64,000 nucleotides of DNA from a virus. Taxonomy: Duplodnaviria; Caudoviricetes. Within the stretch, counting starts at the first letter, position 1. Each line of letters begins with the position of its first letter. The notes below the pieces were generated by a model. The model was not told the origin of the DNA. It did not search any database and saw only the letters and a program-made list of their open reading frames with translations. Positions 1 to 9,083 of this stretch are shown here, in pieces. The DNA is taken from positions 1,623 to 65,622 of the IMG/VR virus record IMGVR_UViG_3300040751_000875; one strand, 5' to 3'. Made by a program: the position numbers and the translations under genes.

Positions 1-144
1 AATGGTAGGGTATCAATTAATATTATTGGACCAACTGGTAAGAGAATTGTATCGTTCAACGTGAAAGAAGGCGAACAAAGAAAAGTAAGTGGATCTGTTT
101 CATTCGCAGGAATTGATCCAGAGGAGTATGACGAATACCTATGA
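1..144 (+). CDS. Partial CDS (3' end), hypothetical protein
   Basis: Frame 1 open from window start (NGRVSINIIGPTGKR...DEYL*); stop overlaps next ATG (ATGA). Confidence 0.6.
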   Translation, partial: NGRVSINIIGPTGKRIVSFNVKEGEQRKVSGSVSFAGIDPEEYDEYL

Positions 145-1382
145 AAACACTAACAGGTTACTTATCAGAGGCCGCAGGAAAGAATACTCATATGACTCAT
201 ATTGAGGATTTGATTCTTGACGGCGGGGTTAAGGGGGCGCGCCAGGCTATCCTAGCATTAAGGTCACTGCGGGATATGTTGAGTGGTAATTCAAAATCAC
301 CTGTGGATATCACTGTTAAATGGGACGGCGCCCCCGCCGTATTTGCTGGAGAGGATCCAAGAGACGGATCCTTTTTTGTAGCAAAGAAAGGCATCTTTAA
401 TGCCAATCCAAAAATTTATAAGTCACATGAGGATATAAAGGCTGATACTTCGGGTGACCTTACCAAGAAATTACTTCTTGCATTTGATGAATTACAGAAA
501 CTAGGAATTAAAGGTGTAATTCAAGGTGACTTCATGTTCGACAAGTCAGATTTAAAAAATGAGAAAATAAATGGAATACCACATATTGTTTTTCATCCTA
601 ATACCATTGCTTATGCTGTCCCTGATGGTACGCCCTTAGCTAGAGAAATTAAAGCAGCAAAAATAGGTATAGTATGGCACACAATATATACTGGAGCAAC
701 ATTTGAAACAATGCAAGCAGAGTTCGGAAGGGAAATTGTACCCAAGTTAAAGAAATCAAGTTCAGTGTGGATGCAAGATGCCACTCTGCCCGATTTGTCT
801 GGTACTGCTACATTTACTGCAAAGGAAACCGAAAAAGTAACTAAAAAGTTATCAGAGGCAGGTAAAATATTTAAACAGATTTCTTCTTCTACCTTAAAAG
901 AAATAGAACAGAACAAAGAATTAAATACAATTATTAATGTGTATAACAATAGAAAGGTAAGAGAAGGCCAAAGAATTACTGATACAAAGAAACATGCTAC
1001 TGGATTAATTATGTTCGTAAATGATAGGTGGCAAAAAGAGATAGATAAAGTATCCCGTCCAGAAACTAAGGCGGCAAAGGCTGGTAAAAGAGATGAATTA
1101 TTAAAGTTTTTTGATAAAAAGAACCTAAAAAATCTACAAAAAGTCTTTGATTTGCAGAATTTGGTGGTTGATGCGAAATTAATTATTATAAATAAACTTA
1201 ACAGTCTTAATAAAATTGGGACGTTTGTAAAAACTAAATCCGGATTTAGAGTAACCAACCCAGAAGGTTTTGTTGCTATTGATCGAATGGAAGGTGGCGC
1301 TGTTAAACTTGTTGATAGAATGGAATTTTCTACTAACAACTTTAGCAAAGATATTATAAAAGGTTGGGACAACCCCAACTAA
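141..1382 (+). CDS. Conserved T4-like phage protein (DUF6267-like) with ligase-type nucleotidyltransferase motifs
   Basis: VKWDG (motif I KxDG), IQGDFMF, PEGFVA, AVKLVDR; N-terminus MKTLTGYLSE resembles a capsid targeting sequence. Confidence 0.7.
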   Translation: MKTLTGYLSEAAGKNTHMTHIEDLILDGGVKGARQAILALRSLRDMLSGNSKSPVDITVKWDGAPAVFAGEDPRDGSFFVAKKGIFNANPKIYKSHEDIKADTSGDLTKKLLLAFDELQKLGIKGVIQGDFMFDKSDLKNEKINGIPHIVFHPNTIAYAVPDGTPLAREIKAAKIGIVWHTIYTGATFETMQAEFGREIVPKLKKSSSVWMQDATLPDLSGTATFTAKETEKVTKKLSEAGKIFKQISSSTLKEIEQNKELNTIINVYNNRKVREGQRITDTKKHATGLIMFVNDRWQKEIDKVSRPETKAAKAGKRDELLKFFDKKNLKNLQKVFDLQNLVVDAKLIIINKLNSLNKIGTFVKTKSGFRVTNPEGFVAIDRMEGGAVKLVDRMEFSTNNFSKDIIKGWDNPN

Positions 1383-1401
1383 ATGGGAAACCGAGGATAA
1401 A

Positions 1402-1785
1402 ATGAAATCATTCAAAGAATACACAGCTGCCAATGAAGCATTAAATATGGCGCAACGCCAGAAAAGAAAGGCTGCGTTTAGGAAGAATAAAGCTAAAATA
1501 ATGATTGCCCGTAAAAAGGCATCTAAGAAACTCGCCAGTCCAGAGAAATTAAAAGCACGAGCTCAAAAAGCGGCTCGTCAACTCATCATTAAAAAGATCC
1601 TTAAGAATAAAGGTAAAGACGACCTCTCCTTTGCTGCAAGACAAGAACTAGAAAAGAAAGTTGATAAGAAGAAATCTGCAATAAACAGAATTGCAAAGAA
1701 ACTTTTACCTCAAGTTAAGAAGAAAGATAGAGCAAAATTGAGTAGACATAAAACTCAAACACCTGGACAGACACGAGATGATTAA
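1402..1785 (+). CDS. Basic K/R-rich protein, putative internal head protein
   Basis: MKSFKEYTAANE N-terminus; GAGGA RBS; very basic. Confidence 0.6.
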   Translation: MKSFKEYTAANEALNMAQRQKRKAAFRKNKAKIMIARKKASKKLASPEKLKARAQKAARQLIIKKILKNKGKDDLSFAARQELEKKVDKKKSAINRIAKKLLPQVKKKDRAKLSRHKTQTPGQTRDD

Positions 1786-3154
1786 GAGTTTTAACGAATA
1801 TATAACAGAAGCGAAAGGAGAGATTACATTTGTCTTTGGCAGATTTAATCCACCTACGACTGGGCATGAAAAATTATTCGATACATTACAGAAAGTATCA
1901 GGTGGGACGTATAGAATATACGGCTCTAAATCACAAGACCCTAAAAAGAATCCCCTTACATTTAAACAGAAAGTAAAATTCTTGCGTAAGATGTTTCCTA
2001 AACATGCAAGAAAGGTTATGGCCGATTCTGATGTAAGACACGTAATGGATATTGCAGTTAAACTATACGACCAAGGATATACTAAGGTAAGTATGGTTGC
2101 CGGTTCTGATCGTGTACCAGAATTTAAGGCGTTACTTAATAAGTATAATGGCGTTAAGGCAAGACACGGGTTCTATGAATTCAAAGATGAAATCGAAGTA
2201 ATCTCTGCTGGAGAAAGAGATCCAGATGTAGAGGGTGTTACAGGTATGTCTGCTTCTAAAATGAGAGCAGCGGCAGAAGAGGGTTCACTACAAACATTTG
2301 CAAAAGGTGTTCCTGGTGGATATAATCCAAAAGAATTATTTAATGCTGTACGTAAGGGAATGGGAATTAAAGAATCTCCTAAATTTAGAGAGCATGTGGA
2401 ACTTCCTAAAGTATCCGAGACAAGAGAAGAATATGTTGAAGGTAATTTATTCTCTGAAGGCGATACTGTAGTATTAAAAGAAACAAGTGATGTTGGAAAA
2501 ATTCTTGTCTGTGGTAGTAATTATCTAGTAGTAGAATTTGGTCAATGGAAAAAGAGAGTTTGGTTAGACCAAGTCGAGTTATTAGAAAAATCAGGTGCTG
2601 GTGATTTTGGTACAGATGAAGTAACCAATGCATATAAGAAAGAAACCCCCGGCCAACAAGTAAAAGAAAAGATGACAGTTGCACAAAAAAGAAAGAAAAG
2701 CAACTATTATAATGATGATTCAAAGGATGGAAAGTTATCCAAATCAACTGCGGCAAAAAGACACGCACAATTTGCAAAACAGGCCAAGATGGATGATGAT
2801 AATCCAGCGGCATACAAACCTGCTCCTGGAGATGCAGATGCAAAAACAAAACCATCAACACATACAAAGAAATATAAGCAAATGTATGGGGAAGATTTGT
2901 TATCATTTGAGGACTATAATATAGATGAAGGTAAGGCAGACGCGGCCCTTAAAAAGAAGGCAGATAAATCTGGTATGCCTTTGGCAATTTTAAGAAAGGT
3001 TTATAATAGAGGAGTTGCTGCATGGAGAACAGGTCATAGACCTGGGACTACTCCACAACAGTGGGGCTTGGCAAGAGTAAATTCCTTTGTAACTAAATCG
3101 TCGGGTACATGGGGTAAGGCAGATAAAGACCTTGCGGCCAAAGTAAGAGGGTAA
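1778..3154 (+). CDS. Cytidyltransferase-like (HIGH-family) nucleotidyltransferase with C-terminal extra domains (DUF5824-like)
   Basis: FGRFNPPTTGH, AGSDR, MSASKMR motifs; C-terminal VYNRGVAAWRTGHRPG..QQWGLARVNSF. Confidence 0.8.
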   Translation: MIKSFNEYITEAKGEITFVFGRFNPPTTGHEKLFDTLQKVSGGTYRIYGSKSQDPKKNPLTFKQKVKFLRKMFPKHARKVMADSDVRHVMDIAVKLYDQGYTKVSMVAGSDRVPEFKALLNKYNGVKARHGFYEFKDEIEVISAGERDPDVEGVTGMSASKMRAAAEEGSLQTFAKGVPGGYNPKELFNAVRKGMGIKESPKFREHVELPKVSETREEYVEGNLFSEGDTVVLKETSDVGKILVCGSNYLVVEFGQWKKRVWLDQVELLEKSGAGDFGTDEVTNAYKKETPGQQVKEKMTVAQKRKKSNYYNDDSKDGKLSKSTAAKRHAQFAKQAKMDDDNPAAYKPAPGDADAKTKPSTHTKKYKQMYGEDLLSFEDYNIDEGKADAALKKKADKSGMPLAILRKVYNRGVAAWRTGHRPGTTPQQWGLARVNSFVTKSSGTWGKADKDLAAKVRG

Positions 3155-3155
3155 A

Positions 3156-3521
3156 ATGAAATCATTTAACGAATACAATGAAGGTAAATTATCGGATATT
3201 AAAAAGAAATTATCCAAGATAAAGGGCCTTAAGGCAGACCAATTACAAGTATTGCAAAGTTTGCCAATGCCTGTTATTATCTCTATTGTAAATCAGTTAA
3301 GTATGATAGTATCTGATACAGAATTACAAGAGGCTCCTTTGGTAATGAGCCATGCTGATATATTAGATACTATATGGAAAAAATTAAAACCAAATTTGGA
3401 AAAAGAATTAGGGAAAGGTAAAGTAGAAACAGTAAATAATCTTGCACGTATGGTAAAATATAAAGTGTCTACTAAGGGACAACAGAAAGGTCGTTCATAC
3501 AGATACGATTTAAAGAAATGA
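3156..3521 (+). CDS. Hypothetical protein, putative internal head protein
   Basis: MKSFNEYNE N-terminus; tight operon spacing. Confidence 0.6.
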   Translation: MKSFNEYNEGKLSDIKKKLSKIKGLKADQLQVLQSLPMPVIISIVNQLSMIVSDTELQEAPLVMSHADILDTIWKKLKPNLEKELGKGKVETVNNLARMVKYKVSTKGQQKGRSYRYDLKK

Positions 3522-4198
3522 TAACTCTTAAAGAATATTTAAAATTATCAGAAGGGGTTAATGATCCTTCTATTTTTAAGGCAGTATTCCTTGCAGGTGG
3601 CCCAGGCTCTGGTAAATCATTTGTAGTAGGTAAAACTTCCTTAAAGGCATTAGGATTTAGATTAATTAATTCTGATGATGCTTTTGAAAGGGGTCTTTCA
3701 AAGGCTGGTCTGACGACAGACCCAGATGATATTGCATCTGCCCAAGGTCAGGCAGTTAGAGGTAAGGCAAAGGCATTAACAGGTAAAATGCTCGATCGAG
3801 CCTTAAAGGGTAGAATGGGTATAGTAATAGACGGAACGGGTAAAGATTACGAGAAGATCAAGAAACAAGTTGACATGGTAAGAGATATAGGATATTCCGT
3901 ACATATGATATTTGTCAACACAGATTTAGAAACTGCATTAGACCGTAATAAGGCAAGACCTAGAAGTTTACCGGATGATATGGTAAAACAAATGTGGAAA
4001 GATGTTCAGAATAATATAGGTAAATTCCAAGGATTATTTAGAGGTAGAATGACTATTGTAGATAATTCAAAAGGTTCTGATATTAATACAGCCACTATGG
4101 CCGCGTATAAAAAAATTAAGACCTGGTCTGAAAAACCACCCGAAAATGCTATAGCAAAAAGTTGGATAAGAAGTCAGATACCAGGCCCGAGGAAATAA
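3518..4198 (+). CDS. P-loop kinase (zeta toxin / AAA_33 / polynucleotide kinase-like)
   Basis: Walker A GGPGSGKS, INSDD, IVIDGT, lid RNKARPR. Confidence 0.8.
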   Translation: MITLKEYLKLSEGVNDPSIFKAVFLAGGPGSGKSFVVGKTSLKALGFRLINSDDAFERGLSKAGLTTDPDDIASAQGQAVRGKAKALTGKMLDRALKGRMGIVIDGTGKDYEKIKKQVDMVRDIGYSVHMIFVNTDLETALDRNKARPRSLPDDMVKQMWKDVQNNIGKFQGLFRGRMTIVDNSKGSDINTATMAAYKKIKTWSEKPPENAIAKSWIRSQIPGPRK

Positions 4199-4199
4199 A

Positions 4200-4634
4200 A
4201 TGGATAAGAATAAAATAGTTAGTTCGTTTAATGGTAAATGGAAGTATAGGAAAGATAAAGAGCAGTACGGTATGGCCGATGCTTGGAAAATTATCTATTC
4301 GCCAAATGCAGAAGGTAAGTATGTAGGGGACTGTGAGGATTACGCCTTATCAATTCTTTACAGATTATGCGGAGAAAGTCACTTAAAGATGTGGTGGATG
4401 TTAATTACCCATCAGGCAGGAATCTGTTGTGTAGGTCCAAGTAAGTGGAAAATGTCTCATGCCGTATTAAGATATAAGGGCGAATACGTAGATAACTGGA
4501 CAAAGAAACTTGGTCCTAAATCTGCAATAGAAAAGAACCACACTTTCCATATTTTTTATGGACATGGATGGGCATACTTTACTGCATTAAAAATGATCAT
4601 AAGTAAAGTAGTGAGAACTATTAAGGGTATATAA
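4200..4634 (+). CDS. Transglutaminase-like cysteine peptidase (BTLCP/C93-like)
   Basis: GDCEDYA ... HAVL ... VDN Cys-His-Asp triad pattern. Confidence 0.65.
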   Translation: MDKNKIVSSFNGKWKYRKDKEQYGMADAWKIIYSPNAEGKYVGDCEDYALSILYRLCGESHLKMWWMLITHQAGICCVGPSKWKMSHAVLRYKGEYVDNWTKKLGPKSAIEKNHTFHIFYGHGWAYFTALKMIISKVVRTIKGI

Positions 4635-5005
4635 TGCATAGTTTTTTAGAACATATAGAAGAAAGATTTGGTATTTACGAGGGTAGACACGTACCTCTAG
4701 AGCAACCTATGATTGAATCCGAATATAAGGGTAAAGACATAGAATTGAATCAACCAAAAAGAGGCGGTAAGGCTAAATACTATGTATATGTTAAGAATGA
4801 TAAAGGTAACGTAATTAAAATCCAATTTGGAGATACTACAGGCCTTAGTGCAAAAATTAATGATAAAGGAGCGGCAAAGAATTTTGCTGCAAGACATCAG
4901 TGTCATTTAAAAAATGATAAAACCAAGGCAGGATATTGGGCGTGTAGGTTACCAAAATATGCTAAACAATTAGGACTTAAAGGTGGTGGAAATTACTTTT
5001 GGTAA
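4634..5005 (+). CDS. Conserved phage hypothetical protein
   Basis: FAARHQC...AGYWAC motif; MHSFLEHIEE N-terminus. Confidence 0.65.
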   Translation: MHSFLEHIEERFGIYEGRHVPLEQPMIESEYKGKDIELNQPKRGGKAKYYVYVKNDKGNVIKIQFGDTTGLSAKINDKGAAKNFAARHQCHLKNDKTKAGYWACRLPKYAKQLGLKGGGNYFW

Positions 5006-5261
5006 ACCGTACTGGGAAGACGGGGAAATAAGAAAATTTGATCCGACTAAGGATGATTCGGAGTTTGTCTGGCACCGAGACAATGAGGATAGAGAAATAG
5101 AAATTTTAGAGGGTGAAGGTTGGCAATTTCAAGTAGATAAATGTTTGCCTTGGCTACTAAAAGAGGGCATGGTATTTAATATTAAGAAAGAAGAATACCA
5201 TAGATTAATAAAGGGGGTAACTCCCCTAAAGTGTAGGGTTTATAAATATGCCAACAGCTAA
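4983..5261 (+). CDS. Small cupin-like protein
   Basis: VWHRD..DREIEILEG..W and YHRLIKG cupin-like motifs. Confidence 0.55.
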   Translation: MVEITFGKPYWEDGEIRKFDPTKDDSEFVWHRDNEDREIEILEGEGWQFQVDKCLPWLLKEGMVFNIKKEEYHRLIKGVTPLKCRVYKYANS

Positions 5262-5547
5262 TGAGCAACGTGCCGAACAGTCGGCAAGATTAGATAGAAT
5301 CGAACAGAAAATAGACCAAATGTCAGAGGCTATTATTGCTTTAGCACGTGCTGAAGAAAAAATTATAACTCTTACAGAATTTGGTAAACAACAAGGTGAG
5401 CAGATTCTAACCCTTATAAATAGAGTAGACAGATTGGAAGATTTAGTAAGACAAAATGCTTCTACTGTTAACATTATTAATAAAATATTCTGGATAGTCA
5501 TTGCGGCAGCTGCCACAGCTATTACAGGAATGCTTTTCATACAATAG
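5248..5547 (+). CDS. Coiled-coil protein with C-terminal transmembrane helix
   Basis: Heptad pattern followed by IFWIVIAAAATAITGMLFI. Confidence 0.65.
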   Translation: MPTANEQRAEQSARLDRIEQKIDQMSEAIIALARAEEKIITLTEFGKQQGEQILTLINRVDRLEDLVRQNASTVNIINKIFWIVIAAAATAITGMLFIQ

Positions 5548-5556
5548 GAGAAAAAT

Positions 5557-6456
5557 ATGAAACTCAATGATGAAAAAACTAGAAGCGTTGCTGCAGCAGT
5601 CAGTGATGTCCTAGAAGGAAAAAATAAAATGAAAAAAGAGGAAGTAAAATATCCTCATAAGATGTATTCTAAAGATGGTAAGGATGAAGTAGAAGTCAAA
5701 GATAAGGCTGAACACGACAAGTATGCTGCTAAAGGATATGTCCACGAAAAACCAGAGGTTAATGAAGTCGAAGAGCCAAGAGCAAAAGGCGAGAAAGACT
5801 TTAAGGCCAAACATGTGATTAAAAAGTCTGGCGAAAATAATGACGGTACTGTCACTAAAGAAGGTAAGAAAGTTGACGAGGTACTAGGGTTCGATAAGGA
5901 CAATCCTCATAAAGACGAAGACGAAGACGAGAAAGAAAAAGAGAAGAAGGAAGGTAATGCCTTTACTAAAGCTCTTAATGCTGCTCGTAAAAACGGCGAT
6001 GACGATTTTGTTGTTTCAGGAAAAAAATATAAAGTCGAAGATTATGATGAGGAAGAGGACGAAGATGAAGTCGAAGAAAGGTCAATGACTCCGATGAAAG
6101 ATAAGTTCGGCCCCGATAAAAACCTTGTTAAGAAAGCCGTTGCTCTTGCTACTAAAATGGGTGGTAATATGACAGGTGCTGTTAAAAAAATCGAAAAGAT
6201 GCAGAAAGGGTTGTCTAAAGATAAAGACGTGGCCGCTGCTCTACGACTTGCTAATGAAGAAGTAAGTGAATCAGTATTGGATGAAGCCAAACGAATGAAT
6301 GAAGCTGAAGATAAGAAAACTAAGTATAGAAAATTCTTTGACAAAGCTTTGAAAAAGTTTGGTGTAAAATCACCTGCTGAATTGAAAGGCGACAAGAAGA
6401 AGGAATTCTTTGATTACGTTGATGCAAATTATGAAGCGGAGAACGAGTCAGACTAA
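5557..6456 (+). CDS. Highly charged (E/K/D) protein, putative prohead core/internal protein
   Basis: AGGAG RBS; many (V/L/M)xE sites; acidic tracts. Confidence 0.6.
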   Translation: MKLNDEKTRSVAAAVSDVLEGKNKMKKEEVKYPHKMYSKDGKDEVEVKDKAEHDKYAAKGYVHEKPEVNEVEEPRAKGEKDFKAKHVIKKSGENNDGTVTKEGKKVDEVLGFDKDNPHKDEDEDEKEKEKKEGNAFTKALNAARKNGDDDFVVSGKKYKVEDYDEEEDEDEVEERSMTPMKDKFGPDKNLVKKAVALATKMGGNMTGAVKKIEKMQKGLSKDKDVAAALRLANEEVSESVLDEAKRMNEAEDKKTKYRKFFDKALKKFGVKSPAELKGDKKKEFFDYVDANYEAENESD

Positions 6457-6806
6457 TGAAATCTTTTAAGCAAATCAGAGAAGACATTTTCAAATTAAAG
6501 AACTTTAAGGATCGTGATCGTAAAGGTCATGAGGCTTATATGAATATCGAAATTGTTAAGGGTAATACCAGTAATAAGTATGATGATGATTTCGGTTTCA
6601 ATAAGCAAGAACTAGGTGTTATGGATAAGGTTATTAGTAAAATTAAGAATATGCATATTTCTAGTTTTGATGGTGGTAACACTGCTCCTGCATCTTTAGA
6701 GTTTTATGGGGATGAGGCTTCTTTAAAGAAATTTGCATCAGATAAAAATGTACAAAAGATTGTTAAAAAATACAAAGGTAAAGTATCTGGACCATATAAA
6801 GCTTAA
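6456..6806 (+). CDS. Hypothetical protein, putative internal head protein
   Basis: MKSFKQIRE N-terminus; TAATG coupling. Confidence 0.6.
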   Translation: MKSFKQIREDIFKLKNFKDRDRKGHEAYMNIEIVKGNTSNKYDDDFGFNKQELGVMDKVISKIKNMHISSFDGGNTAPASLEFYGDEASLKKFASDKNVQKIVKKYKGKVSGPYKA

Positions 6807-6827
6807 TTGACTTATATATAATATATA

Positions 6828-7196
6828 ATGAAAGTATTTGACGAATTAAATAGACGTAATTTTGAATTATATGCTTCTCAGAATTATAATAACCCTGAGT
6901 GCATTGACATAGAAGAATTCAAAGAGGACTTGGCAAGATTTAAATATCTAAAAAGACTTCTGAGAAGGTATGAGGTAACCGAAGACTTGCAAGAAAGATT
7001 GATTTTAAATCATCTGATTGTGTTATATAACGTCTTCGGTATAACTGCTGCCAATAAAATGATATGGTATAAAATAGAAAGGGAACACTGGACTTATATT
7101 AAACCATTTCTAGTCTTCCTTAATTACTTACCAGTGGATGAAAAGGTTGATATACCTTTAGATCCATATATTGTAGACGTACTTAGGAAAATTTAA
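6828..7196 (+). CDS. Conserved T4-like phage hypothetical protein
   Basis: YNNPEC..EEFKEDLARFKYLKRL...ERLILNHLI pattern typical of T4-like phages. Confidence 0.7.
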   Translation: MKVFDELNRRNFELYASQNYNNPECIDIEEFKEDLARFKYLKRLLRRYEVTEDLQERLILNHLIVLYNVFGITAANKMIWYKIEREHWTYIKPFLVFLNYLPVDEKVDIPLDPYIVDVLRKI

Positions 7197-7780
7197 TGAG
7201 TGTAGTATCAAGAACAGCTGATTTATTTTACGCCTTTAGGTTTCTAAAGTTGTTGGTTACTCCATGGGATAAAATGGGTGCATACGAATATGGTATTGTT
7301 GACGAGAATGGAAAAGTTTTAATTAAGGGTAAAGATATAACAGACCCTAAGGCAAAGGCAGAGTACACGGTTTTTCATAGGTTGGTATTTAACCTAAAAA
7401 GGATTTTAAATAAACTGCCTTTCGGTAAAACAAAACTGGCATCTTATGCTGCCGCTTTGTTTTTAATAAAGGAAAATACTGGACTAACAGAAGAACAAAT
7501 TAGAAAGGTATTGGAAGAAATTTTAGAGGATATGGATGAATCACTAAATGAGGAAGTATTCTTCGTTAAAGATGATGTCATTAATCCTGGTAAATATAAA
7601 TTAGTTTCTGAAATGGCTAGTATGGATACGGGAGAAATTATTGCTTTTCCTGGCCAAGAAGTGGTAATATCACTTCACAGTAAACCAGTAGACTATATGT
7701 TTAATACTGGAATTTACGAGGTAACACATACTTTAACACAACAGAAATTATATATAACTAGTGGAGATATACAAAAATGA
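7196..7780 (+). CDS. Conserved T4-like phage hypothetical protein
   Basis: FRFLKLLVTPW..AY..GIVDENGK; FHRLVFNLKR; coupled to upstream gene. Confidence 0.7.
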   Translation: MSVVSRTADLFYAFRFLKLLVTPWDKMGAYEYGIVDENGKVLIKGKDITDPKAKAEYTVFHRLVFNLKRILNKLPFGKTKLASYAAALFLIKENTGLTEEQIRKVLEEILEDMDESLNEEVFFVKDDVINPGKYKLVSEMASMDTGEIIAFPGQEVVISLHSKPVDYMFNTGIYEVTHTLTQQKLYITSGDIQK

Positions 7781-8220
7781 AAAAATTTAAAGACGTATGG
7801 GAAGATGCAGCGGCCAATTCCGTGGCAAAAGGCGGTGTCTCCCTGCCTGCAGATGCAGTTCATGATAAGAAAAAGAGGAAAAAAGCAGTGTACGATGGAA
7901 GAACAAAGGAAGGCCGTAAATTCGTAGAACGAATGTTGGCAAGAAGAAAGTCCAAAAATGAAAAGGCTCAAAAGAGTTTACAGGCGCAAAATTTAAAATC
8001 CGTTGAAGTAAAAGAAGACAGCGTAGAAGAAGCTAGAAAAGCCCCACAGATTAAACATTTAAATATTTACGGTTCAGAGATTAGTGGTTTAAGATCCGGA
8101 GGCAAATATTATATGGCAATGGCAATTGATATGAGAGGCAAACTTATGTATAAAGTAATCGATGAGTTTGGTTCTATTGAAACCATTGACCTTAAAACAT
8201 TCGCAAAAAGATTCGGTTAA
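7777..8220 (+). CDS. Hypothetical protein, putative internal head protein
   Basis: MKKFKDVWE N-terminus; YDGRTKE motif. Confidence 0.6.
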   Translation: MKKFKDVWEDAAANSVAKGGVSLPADAVHDKKKRKKAVYDGRTKEGRKFVERMLARRKSKNEKAQKSLQAQNLKSVEVKEDSVEEARKAPQIKHLNIYGSEISGLRSGGKYYMAMAIDMRGKLMYKVIDEFGSIETIDLKTFAKRFG

Positions 8221-8236
8221 TTATATAGGTTAGATT

Positions 8237-8629
8237 ATGTCAAAAATATTGATGGGTATTATAGGAGCAATGGGGCTGGCAGGTTTCATGTATTATAATT
8301 TTTCTGTAGTACCAATGAAGAATAAGTTGGAAGAACAAGCAAAGGTTATTATTGCTCAAGACCTACGTGATCAAGAACAAAGAGCTACTATAGAGTCAAT
8401 TCAAAGTAATCTGACTAGAACCACACAAGCCCTTTCTGGGTTACAAATTCAAAATCAACAATACGAAGTAGAGATGGCTGAATACTTGGATATATTCAGA
8501 CGTCATAACTTATCTAAATTGGCTAGTGCAAAACCTGGGATGGTAGAATTAAGAGCTAATAATGCAACTAAGGAGGTATTCGATGCGATTGAAGCAGATA
8601 GCGCTCGTATTTCTAGCCTTAACGATTAG
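8237..8629 (+). CDS. Putative inner-membrane spanin (Rz-like)
   Basis: N-terminal TM helix then long coiled coil; overlaps a downstream lipoprotein gene. Confidence 0.65.
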   Translation: MSKILMGIIGAMGLAGFMYYNFSVVPMKNKLEEQAKVIIAQDLRDQEQRATIESIQSNLTRTTQALSGLQIQNQQYEVEMAEYLDIFRRHNLSKLASAKPGMVELRANNATKEVFDAIEADSARISSLND

Positions 8630-9083
8630 TGGTTGTAGTTTACTTCAACAGTCTCCAAGAGAAGTTGAGATAATTACCAAACCAGTTAAAGTTGATATTG
8701 TTCAACCAGTACTACCTAGACCTATTGACTTAAAAGAACCTAAATGGTATGTGGTATCAGATACCAAAATTATAGAGGCATGTCTAAAGAGTCCAGAAAC
8801 TAATAAACCTGACTGTAAGTTAGGTAGAGAAGATAAGTATCCAGAAGGATACACATATTTGGATAGATTTATAGATGACATCAAAAAGAAACATGGCGGA
8901 GATATAGTATTTTATGCCATGACTGTGGACGATTATGAGTTAATGGCTTATAACACACAGGAAATTAAACGTTATATTAATCAACTCGGAGAAGTGATTA
9001 TTTATTATAGGAATGTAACTATCGATGATGAGAAAGGCGCAGCAGTTGGTATCAAAGTGGAGGAAGAAAATGGCAACGACTAG
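8583..9083 (+). CDS. Putative outer-membrane spanin lipoprotein (Rz1-like)
   Basis: AGGAGG RBS at 8571-8576, ATG 8583, lipobox ISG-C, Pro-rich region. Confidence 0.65.
   Translation: MRLKQIALVFLALTISGCSLLQQSPREVEIITKPVKVDIVQPVLPRPIDLKEPKWYVVSDTKIIEACLKSPETNKPDCKLGREDKYPEGYTYLDRFIDDIKKKHGGDIVFYAMTVDDYELMAYNTQEIKRYINQLGEVIIYYRNVTIDDEKGAAVGIKVEEENGND

Noticed and set aside
611-1378. 255-aa minus-strand ORF
   Set aside because: Antisense shadow of the 141-1382 gene; no RBS or motifs
3518-4198. Zeta-like kinase as a toxin-antitoxin module
   Set aside because: No recognisable epsilon/PezA antitoxin; leader motif and context favour a packaged kinase
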